Of a stretch of DNA of 64,000 nt, positions 51,404 to 59,900 are shown in pieces. A program made the translations under genes and the position numbers. Below the pieces are notes generated by a model, which did not search any database, had not been told where the DNA came from, and saw only the letters and a program-made list of their open reading frames with translations. Source of the DNA: Dehalococcoidia bacterium. GTDB taxonomy: Bacteria; Chloroflexota; Dehalococcoidia; Bin125. Location of the stretch: NCBI GenBank assembly GCA_965208665.1, contig CBDBPH010000002.1:1163040-1227039 (forward strand), read 5' to 3'. The first letter of the stretch is position 1; every line of letters begins with the position of its first letter.

Positions 51404-52446
51404 CCGACCCCTCGACACCTGCGCTCGAATTGATGGCCGATCAGGACGGCGAGCGGCTCGACCAGTTCCTCGCGCGGCGACTCGACGGGGCCTCTCGCAC
51501 CCAGGCCAGACAGCTCATCGACGATGGCCTCGTCCGCATTGACGGCTCCCTCGAGCGGCCGGCCTACAAACTGCGATTCGGCGAACTCGTCGCCATCTTT
51601 CCGCGCGACGCCGGACCGGTCGAAGCACCGGCCGAGGTAGAGCTTGCGGTCGTCTACGAAGACGACGATCTCGCCGTCATCGACAAGCCGGCGAGCCTCA
51701 CCGTCCATCCCGCCCCCGGAGAGACGCAGCCGACGCTGATCGGCGCAATCCTCCATCGCTGGCCAGAAGTCTCCAGGATCAGCGACCACGATCAGGACGC
51801 CGACCCACTTCGGCCCGGGCTCGTCCACCGGCTCGACCGCGACACCACCGGCCTGCTGACGATCGCCAAGAACGCCCCCGCGCTTCGCTCGCTCCGCAAC
51901 CAGCTACGCAACCGATCCATGGACAAGCGATATCTCGCTGTTGTCGTCGGCGCGCCTGACCCGCCCGCCGGACTGATCGACGCCCCCATTGGCCGCGACC
52001 CCGCAGACCCCCGCCGCATGGCGATCCTTGACCGTGCTCGTCCGTCGCAGACCGGTTACGAGACCGTCGAGCGATTCGCCGATGCCGCCCTCCTCGAGTG
52101 CAAGCTGATCACAGGACGCACCCACCAGATCCGCGTCCATCTCTCCGCGATAGGACATCCGATCGCCGGCGACACGATGTATGGCCTGCCCACGCCGCTG
52201 ATCGGTCGCCAGGCGCTACACGCTGCCAGGCTGACGATCCGCCACCCGGCGACCAAACAACCGCTGACCCTGGAGGCCGACCCTCCGGCCGACTTCCGCA
52301 GCCTGCTCGGCCATCTGCGCGAAGGCGAACTGCTGCTCGGCGACCAACCGTCGCCGAGAGCAGAGCGAGGCTCGGCGGACAGCACAAACCGACGGTCACG
52401 GTCGGTAAAATCCAATCGCCGCCGCCGCACGCAGCGCATCCGCTAG
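51400..52446 (+). CDS. rluD: RluA-family 23S rRNA pseudouridine synthase (RluD-like)
   Basis: N-terminal S4-like domain (RLDQFLARRL...SR), HRLDRDTTGLL and RTHQIRVH. The ATG overlaps the lspA stop (ATGA). Confidence 0.9.
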   Translation: MTDPSTPALELMADQDGERLDQFLARRLDGASRTQARQLIDDGLVRIDGSLERPAYKLRFGELVAIFPRDAGPVEAPAEVELAVVYEDDDLAVIDKPASLTVHPAPGETQPTLIGAILHRWPEVSRISDHDQDADPLRPGLVHRLDRDTTGLLTIAKNAPALRSLRNQLRNRSMDKRYLAVVVGAPDPPAGLIDAPIGRDPADPRRMAILDRARPSQTGYETVERFADAALLECKLITGRTHQIRVHLSAIGHPIAGDTMYGLPTPLIGRQALHAARLTIRHPATKQPLTLEADPPADFRSLLGHLREGELLLGDQPSPRAERGSADSTNRRSRSVKSNRRRRTQRIR

Positions 52447-52603
52447 CGTCTCCTGCGCAACACCACGCCCTCCTCGGCGAGCCCGAAATCGACTACAGTT
52501 AGAACATATGCGCACTGTGAACCGAGAAGCGGCAGTCATGCTCCAGCGGACAACTCCGTCGCGTTCACGCGTGCGCCGCCCACCGCCAACCCTGTTCCGG
52601 TCA

Positions 52604-52653
52604 GATCCGAACGGATCCGAACAGATCCGAACAAATCCGAACGCATCTCGACA
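52604..52653 (+). repeat. 10-bp tandem repeat x5 (RRATCCGAAC)
   Basis: AGATCCGAAC GGATCCGAAC AGATCCGAAC AAATCCGAAC GCATCTCGAC, exactly in 10-nt register, inside the 576-bp spacer upstream of gltX. Confidence 0.85.
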
Positions 52654-53022
52654 CCCAGCCGGTCTGAACAACGCTGAAAACCACCGAAAAAGCCTGAAAG
52701 AACCTGAAAGCTTCAGACACGCGATCTCCCGCAAAACACTGGGATTTCGACCCACAACCATCACGAAAAAAAAACTGCCACGAAGACTGAACCTCCGTCA
52801 GCCGTCATCGCCTGGTCGGCCTGCGCGTCCCCGTCAGCCTGAACACGCTGCCGCGCTCGCTCTCCGTCGACAGAACCGTCGCCCAGCCGACAAAACCACA
52901 CCGAAACTGACCAAAACTGTCCACCCGCAGGATGCGATCGCCTGTAAAACACGGGAGATCCGCCAATCCTGCCCCCCCAGAAATAGTTTCCCCGAAATAC
53001 CATCCACTCGGGAGTCCCAACC

Positions 53023-54483
53023 ATGAGTGTCCGCGTTCGCTACGGTCCTTCACCAACCGGCGAGCCGCACGTCGGCAATATCCGCACGGCTCTGTTCGAC
53101 TGGCTGCTCGCCCGACGTTTCGGCGGTCAATTCATCGTCCGCATCGAGGACACCGACCAGTCGCGCGCCGTCGAGGGTGCCGAACAGCTCATCCTCGACG
53201 CGCTCACCTGGCTCGGTATGGACTGGGACGAAGGCCCCGATGTCGGCGGACCGTACGCTCCCTATCGGCAATCAGAGCGCTTGCCGTTGTACGTCGAAGC
53301 CGCGCAACGACTGATCGACGAGGACAAGGCGTATCGCTGCGTTTGCAGCGCTGAGCGCCTCGATGCCTTGCGTAAGTCCCAGCAGAAGGCCAAGCAGCCG
53401 CCTGGCTACGACCGCCGCTGCCGCGGGCAGAACCGATCCGCCGACGAACCGCATGTCGTCCGTCTCACCATGCCCCTGACCGGCGAAACGATCGTCAACG
53501 ACTATCTGCGCGGCCAAGTCTCGTTCCAGAACGCCTTGCTCGACGATCACGTGCTGCTCAAGCGCGACGGCTTCCCGACCTACCACCTCGCCTCCGTCGT
53601 CGACGACCACCACATGCAGATCACCCACGTCATCCGCGGCGAGGAGTGGCTCTCCTCTGCCCCTCGGCACGTCCAGACCTACGCCGCGCTCGGTTGGCAG
53701 GAACCGGCCTGGGTCCACATCCCCATCATTCGCGGTCCGGACAAGGGCAAGCTCTCCAAGCGGCACGGCGCCACATCAATCCGCCAGTACGCCGAGGAAG
53801 GCTTCCTGCCCGAGGCGCTACTCAACTTCCTCGCCTTGCTCGGCTGGTCCCGCGACGAGACCACCACGATCATGTCCTGCGAAGAGATCACCGAAGCCTT
53901 CGACCTCGACGGTCTTGGCCTCGCCTCGGCCATGTTCGACATCGAGCGCCTGCGCGAAATGAATGCCCGCTACATCCGTGACCTCGAACCCGCCGACTTC
54001 CTGCGCCGCGGTCGGTCGTACCTCGAGTCCCGAGTCGCATGCTCCATCGACGACGAGGCGCTGGACCGCCTGCTGCCCATTGCGCCCGCGATCCAGGAGC
54101 GGGTCAAGCTCATGCCTGAGTTCGCCGACTACACCGACTTTTTCTTCACCGAAGGCCCACTCGAATACGCCAACGCCGACCTCATGGGTCGTGCCTACAA
54201 GAACAAGCCCTGGGCCGCTCTGGAGTCGGTCGAGGCGTCGCTCAAGGCCCTGCGCCACGTCGAAGAGTCCGATTGGACCACTCCCAGGCTCGAGACCGCG
54301 CTTCGAAACCTCGCCACAGCGCGGGGTGAGAAGCCCGGTGCCCTCTTCACACCCATCCGGGTCGCCACCACCGGCAAGCGAATTGCCCCGCCGCTCTTTG
54401 AAACGCTGGAAACACTCGGCCAGGATCTAACGGTCGAGCGCCTCAATGCCGCAGCCGAACGCCTCGCCAGACCCGACGATTAG
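53023..54483 (+). CDS. gltX: glutamyl-tRNA synthetase
   Basis: Has PSPTGEPHVGNIRTAL (HIGH region), the KLSKR (KMSKS) motif and the class I GluRS layout. Confidence 0.95.
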   Translation: MSVRVRYGPSPTGEPHVGNIRTALFDWLLARRFGGQFIVRIEDTDQSRAVEGAEQLILDALTWLGMDWDEGPDVGGPYAPYRQSERLPLYVEAAQRLIDEDKAYRCVCSAERLDALRKSQQKAKQPPGYDRRCRGQNRSADEPHVVRLTMPLTGETIVNDYLRGQVSFQNALLDDHVLLKRDGFPTYHLASVVDDHHMQITHVIRGEEWLSSAPRHVQTYAALGWQEPAWVHIPIIRGPDKGKLSKRHGATSIRQYAEEGFLPEALLNFLALLGWSRDETTTIMSCEEITEAFDLDGLGLASAMFDIERLREMNARYIRDLEPADFLRRGRSYLESRVACSIDDEALDRLLPIAPAIQERVKLMPEFADYTDFFFTEGPLEYANADLMGRAYKNKPWAALESVEASLKALRHVEESDWTTPRLETALRNLATARGEKPGALFTPIRVATTGKRIAPPLFETLETLGQDLTVERLNAAAERLARPDD

Positions 54484-54504
54484 AGTGATAAGCTGAGGCT
54501 CCGT

Positions 54505-54578
54505 TGGGGATTGGTCTAGTGGTAGGACGGCTGACTCTGGATCAGTTAGCGGGGGTTCGAATCCTCCATCCCCAGCCA
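54505..54578 (+). tRNA. tRNA-Gln (anticodon CUG)
   Basis: Folded by hand: acceptor TGGGGAT/ATCCCCA, D-arm GTCT-AGTGGTA-GGAC, anticodon arm GCTGA-CTCTGGA-TCAGT, T-arm GGGGG-TTCGAAT-CCTCC, and an encoded CCA. Confidence 0.9.
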
Positions 54579-54599
54579 ACCAACATCGTCCAACTGCGT

Positions 54600-54676
54600 G
54601 GGGCATTCGTCTAGCGGCCAAGGACACCGCCCTCTCAAGGCGGAGATCAGGGGTTCGAATCCCCTATGCCCTACCA
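54600..54676 (+). tRNA. tRNA-Glu (anticodon CUC)
   Basis: Folded by hand: acceptor GGGGCAT/ATGCCCT (G1-U72), D-arm GTCT...GGAC, anticodon arm CCGCC-CTCTCAA-GGCGG, T-arm AGGGG-TTCGAAT-CCCCT, and an encoded CCA. Confidence 0.9.
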
Positions 54677-54891
54677 CCCTGATGTCAAGTATTCGGCTCT
54701 GCTTTGGTGACTTTCCTTGAGCCGGCACTTGCCTGAGGCCGCGGGCCAGCGTCGCTGCTCTCGGGATCTCCAGCAATCGCGGACCCCTCCACGCTCGCAG
54801 CTCAGACGGCGGAGCATCTACCCGTTGCCTGTCCCGGGGCTGAGTCGTCGTCGCCCGTCGACACCTGCGCGAAACGTGGTTGCGCTCAACG

Positions 54892-56904
54892 TCATCTCGG
54901 TTCGCGCGACGCGCGACGAACCGCGGTCGCGAGCGATGTCTCGTTGAGCTGATCGAGCGCGACATAGTCACCGCCGAGTTCCTCGGCCAGGCGTCTGGCC
55001 ATCCCGAGTCGCACGTAACCTTCCTCGGCGTCGATCACCAGCGTGCGCACACCGAGCGAGCGGAAGCGTTGCGCCGCCTCAATCGTCGCCTGCGAAGGTC
55101 CGAGCGCCCCGCGGGAGGCGTTGGCGCGTCCATCGCTGACGAGGACGAGAAGGGGAATCAGATTGGCGCCGCTGTCTTGTTCGGCGATGACGAGCTCGGC
55201 CGCGCGATCGATGCCGGCCCAGAGCGGCGTCCGACCTCCAGTCGGCAGCTCCGCCAGCCGCCGATGAGCCAACTCGACACTGCGGGTCGGTGGTAGGGCC
55301 AGAGTCGCACCAGCGCCCCGCACACTGATCAGCGCAACCCGGTCTCGGCTCTGGTACGCGTCTATCAGGAGCGAGAAGACCGCGCCTTTAGTAGTCTCCA
55401 TGCGACGCCGCGCACCCATCGATCCGCTGGCATCGAGGACGAAGACAACCAGTGCAGCTGTCTTCGTCTCTCGCTCCTTGACGCGTACGTCGGATGGTCG
55501 GATCTCGAATGCGGTAGCGCCGCGCTCATGCTGCCTGGGGGCGGCGTTCAGCACCGTTGCCGCAACGTCGAGGTCGGCGATGGCCCCATCGGGCCGGCGC
55601 GCGCCGATCCGTCGTCCGTTTCTCCCCTCGCTGAGCGCGGTCGCGCGCCGTCCGGACGCGTTGCGTGGTCTAGCGTCTCGAGGCGGCGCACTGGGCGGCT
55701 GGATGGGGACAGATGCCCCGATTTCAGCGTGACGGTCGGCGGCCGGCGGGCTGCCAGCTTGCTCGCTCTCCGAGGACGGTTCGGGTTCCGGCGCTGGGGC
55801 CGGCTTGGCTTCCGCTTCGGGCTGTGCTGCCGCCTCGCCCGAAAGCGGACTGCCCGACTCTCCCTCGCTGCGGTCTTCCTCGAATGAAGCGAGCATGTCG
55901 TTGAGGCGTTCCGAGTCGAGTTTCGGCTGCTCAAAGGGCGTTCTCCGCAACCGATGCGCCAGCGCTAACTCGGCGGCCTCCGCGATATCCGAAATCGCAA
56001 CTTCTTCACGCTCATCCCAGGCGGCAATCGTGCTTGCGGTTCGATGGATCACGATGTCGGCGCGAAGTCCGTCAACGCCATGCTCGCTGCACACGTGCGC
56101 GATGGCCTCACGCACTGCGTCCGGGACGACAACTTGCGACAGCCTCGCCTGTGCGAGAAGGATGCGCCGCCGAAGCCGGCGGTCCTGCTCCTGCCACGAT
56201 TCGATGAAGGCCAAGGGATCGGATTCGAACGCGATCCGGCGCTTGACGACCTCGATCCGTTCCGAGGTGCTGAACTCGGCGTCGGCTTCGACCATCAGCC
56301 CGAAGCGGTCCAGCAATTGCGGACGCAGCTCGCCTTCCTCCGGGTTCATGGTGCCGACGAGGATGAAGCCCGCGGGATGGCTGATTGAGAGGCCGTCGCG
56401 CTCGACGAAGTTGCGGCCCATGGCGGCGGCATCGAGCAGCACGTCGACCAGGTGATCGGTGAGCAGGTTGACCTCGTCCACATAGAGGATGCCTCGGTGC
56501 GCTGCGGCCAGGATCCCCGGTTCAAACGCCTGCTCGCCTGACTGAAGCGCCCGCTCGAGGTCGAGCGAGCCGATCAGCCGATCCTCGGACGCGCCGACCG
56601 GCAACTCTACGATGCGAACGCGACGTTCGACAACATCAGCAGGCTGATCCGGTTGCGCACAGTAGAGACAGGTCGCCAGCTCGTCAACGGGATGGCATGA
56701 ATACGGGCAACCCTGGACGACATCAATTGATGGCAGCACGCCCGCCAGAGCGCGTACGGCGGTCGACTTCGCCGTTCCCTTGTTGCCGCGGATCAGCGCC
56801 CCGCCGATGCGAGGATTCACCGCGTTCAGCAGCAGCGCGCGTTTCATCCGCTCCTGGGCGACGATGGCGCTGAACGGGAAACGCGGCTCCGAGATGTGCT
56901 GCAC
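54892..56904 (-). CDS. fused ChlI-like AAA+ ATPase / ChlD-like vWA protein (chelatase ATPase component partnering CobN)
   Basis: The N-terminus has FPFSAIVAQERMKRALLL and GNKGTAKST (Walker A) with an AAA+ core. An acidic/Pro-rich linker follows. The C-terminal vWA domain has VVFVLDASGSM (MIDAS). The GTG start directly follows the cobN stop. Confidence 0.85.
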   Translation of the reverse strand: MQHISEPRFPFSAIVAQERMKRALLLNAVNPRIGGALIRGNKGTAKSTAVRALAGVLPSIDVVQGCPYSCHPVDELATCLYCAQPDQPADVVERRVRIVELPVGASEDRLIGSLDLERALQSGEQAFEPGILAAAHRGILYVDEVNLLTDHLVDVLLDAAAMGRNFVERDGLSISHPAGFILVGTMNPEEGELRPQLLDRFGLMVEADAEFSTSERIEVVKRRIAFESDPLAFIESWQEQDRRLRRRILLAQARLSQVVVPDAVREAIAHVCSEHGVDGLRADIVIHRTASTIAAWDEREEVAISDIAEAAELALAHRLRRTPFEQPKLDSERLNDMLASFEEDRSEGESGSPLSGEAAAQPEAEAKPAPAPEPEPSSESEQAGSPPAADRHAEIGASVPIQPPSAPPRDARPRNASGRRATALSEGRNGRRIGARRPDGAIADLDVAATVLNAAPRQHERGATAFEIRPSDVRVKERETKTAALVVFVLDASGSMGARRRMETTKGAVFSLLIDAYQSRDRVALISVRGAGATLALPPTRSVELAHRRLAELPTGGRTPLWAGIDRAAELVIAEQDSGANLIPLLVLVSDGRANASRGALGPSQATIEAAQRFRSLGVRTLVIDAEEGYVRLGMARRLAEELGGDYVALDQLNETSLATAVRRASREPR

Positions 56905-59900
56905 TCAGACCTCGATTCCAGCGCCCGAGGCTGGAACAGGTTCGCCGCGGCCTTCGATATCTCCTTCAGCTTCGAGCAGCGCGGACTCGATCGCTGTCTG
57001 AGTGTTGGGCTCGGGCGACTCCCACAGGCCGCGCTGGATCGCCTCCAGCAGACGCTCGGCGATCTCTTTTCTTGCCCACGGATTGCTTGCGGCGAAGAAA
57101 TCGGCCATCGATTCGTCCAGTAGGTAGCGCTGCGTGAGTTGCTCGTACTGCCAGTCGTGCACCACATGTGCCGTCGCGTCGTAGCCGAAGATGTAGTCGA
57201 CGGTTGCGGCGACCTCCAGCGCGCCCTTGTAACCGTGACGCTTCATCGCGTCGATCCACTTGGGGTTGACCACGCGCGAGCGGAAGACGCGGTTCGCTTC
57301 CTCCTGGAGTGAGCGGACTCGCGGCTGATCGGGATCCTGCGTGTCGCCGAAGTAGCGCTGCGGGTTGCGGCCGGTCAGCGAGCGGATCGTAGCGATCATC
57401 CCGCCGTGGAACTGCATGTAGTCGTCGGAGTCGAAGATGTCGTGCTCGCGGTTGTCCTGGTTCTTGACCGCGATTGAGACGGTGGAGAGCGCGCTGCGGA
57501 ATGCGGAGCGGGCGTCCGCACCAAACACATCACGGGTGTAGGCGTGCCCGCCCCAGTTCACGTACGTCTCTGCGAGGTCGGCGTCGTCGCGCCAGTTGCG
57601 TTCGTCGAGGAGCTGCAGAATGCCGGCCCCATAGGTGCCTGGAGGACTCCCAAAGATGCGATACCCCGCGTCGCGCCAAGCGTTCGGCTCGCTCAGGCCT
57701 TCCGAGCGCAACTGTGCGGCCTGATCCAGGCGATTCGAGCGAACGAAGTTGTCATCGGGCGATTCCTCGAGATTGGAGACGCGCTCGACCGCCTCGTCGA
57801 TCATGGCGATCGCATGGGGGAACGCGTCGCGGAAGAACCCGGAGATGCGGCAGACCACATCGATCCGCGGGCGGCCAAGTTCGGCGAGTGGGATCACTTC
57901 GATGCCGGTGACGCGGCGGCTCTCGGGTTGCCAGACCGGCCGGACGCCGAGTAGGGCCAGCACCTGGGCGATGTCGTCACCCGAGGTGCGCATCGCCGAC
58001 GTACCCCAGATCGAAATACCGACTGACCGCGGCGGCTCGCCCTGTTCGCGGATGTGCCGGTCGATCAGGCCCTGGGCCAGATCCTGTCCCACCTGCCAGG
58101 CGGTCGCGCTGGGGATCGAGCGTGGATCGACTGCGTAGAAGTTGCGGCCGGTGGGGAGCACGTGCGCCATACCGCGAGTGGGCGCGCCGCTGGGTCCCGA
58201 GGGGACGTAGCGGCCCTCCAGCGCCGAGAGGATGTGCAGCATCTCCTCGTCGGTGCGATGCAGGGCGGGTACGAGCCTGTCGCACACGAACGTCAGTGTC
58301 TCTCGAACACTCCGCAAGCCGGTCTGGTCTGTCGCACGCGGCAGCGAATCGGCCACGCAGTCGTCGAGCTGGGCCGAGTCGAACTCGACCCGGTCCAGGG
58401 CGCGCAGCACCATCCGGGCCATCTCCTGCACTGCCCCCAGAGCAGTCGCGTTGGACTCCACGGGGACGCCGCTGTCCGCATTGAGCGCGTCAAGAGATCC
58501 GACAGGCCGCTGTCCGGGCGCTCGCAACGCCGCCGGTACATCGAGGCCGTACGCCGCGCCGATGCCAACACGCAGGCTGGGAACGGCGCCGTTCGCCAGG
58601 CGCACCAGCATCAGCAACGTGTCGATCAACTGCTCGCCGCTCGGCGGACGGCCGAGCACGTGCAGACCGTCACGGATTGGAGCGGTACCGAGTTCGTGGA
58701 GGTAGGCGTGGACCGCCTCGACCAGGTGCGCGAACTCGTTGCCGGAGAGATCGGAGATGGAGTATGGAACCCCATCTTCGTGCGTGGTTGGATCCCAGTC
58801 GTGCGTGTGGTCCTCGGCGTTGTCAGCATTGAGCAGCGCGCCCAGATCCTTGTCCAGGTCAGCGTCCTGCAACACCGCCCAGATTTGCTGCTGCAGCAGC
58901 GGGAGTTTGTCGGGATCGGTGCGTTCGAGCAGGTAGTACTCGTCGACCAGGCGGCCGAGCTGGTCCAGCTCGCCGTAGGTGTCGGCGGTGGTCATCGGCG
59001 GCGGCAGGTGATCGACGATCGTGGCGTGAGCTCGCCGCTTCGCTGCCGCGCCTTCGCCAGGGTCGTCGACGATGAACGGATAAACCAGAGGCAGGCTGCC
59101 AAGGAAGGCGTCCGGGTAGCACTCTTCGGAGAGGCCGACGCCCTTGCCGGGCAGCCACTCGAGTGAGCCGTGTTTGCCCAGGTGGACGACGGCGTCCGCG
59201 CCGAATCCGCCGGCGGACTCGGGCTCGGCAAGCCAGCGATACATCGCGTGGTACGGATAGGGAGGAGCGAGGTCTGCCCGATGCATGATCGCGGTCTTGT
59301 CCATGCCGTATCCGCGCGGTGGCTGGACGGCAACCAAGACGTTGCCGAAGCGCAATCCGGCGAGCGCGAGCATTCCCGTGTCGTCCACGTAATGCTCGCC
59401 GGGAGGGATTCCCCATTGCTCGCGCATTTCGTCCGCCCGACGGGCCGGCAACTGGCCAAACCAGACGTCGTACCGACCAGCAGACACGCGGGCAACTGCG
59501 CCTCGAAGTTGCTCCTCCGTGAGCAGGTCGCGGTCGTAATGGCCGCGCTCGACGATCAACGCCATCATGGCGTCGGGGTCCGCAGGTAGTTCATCAACTT
59601 CATAGCCTGCGTCGCGCAACCGCCTGAGCAGTTCCAACAACGACGCGGGAGAGTCAAGTCCTACAGCGTTCGCAATGCGCGCGGCCTTGGCATTGTGGTT
59701 CGTCAGCACGACGGCGATTCGCTTCTCGGCCGGAGGCGTGCGCCGCAGCGCTGCAAGTCGCGCCGCCAGCTCCATCAGGCGCTTGGCTCGATCCGCTTCC
59801 GTGACGCGGCGCGTGAGCCGCTGGCCGTCGAGTCCGCTGCCTTCCTCCTTGAACGCAACCGGAACGCCGATAATGCGCCCGTCGAGTTCCGGAATCGCGA

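Noticed and set aside
52604-52653. Possible CRISPR array or minisatellite of mobile origin
   Set aside because: The repeats are only 10 bp and directly abutting, with no spacers, and there are no cas genes. This is a simple tandem repeat, not a CRISPR array.
52447-53022. T-box leader or protein-coding genes (ORFs 52396-52764 minus strand, 52508-53026 plus strand) upstream of gltX
   Set aside because: I could find no T-box sequence, specifier-loop or antiterminator architecture. Both ORFs translate to low-complexity Arg/Pro/Ser strings dictated by the C/A skew.
54484-54891. Genomic island integration at the tRNA-Gln/tRNA-Glu genes
   Set aside because: There is no integrase, no direct repeat of the tRNA 3' end, and no compositional break that I can see. 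The neighbouring B12 operon is convergent and looks native.
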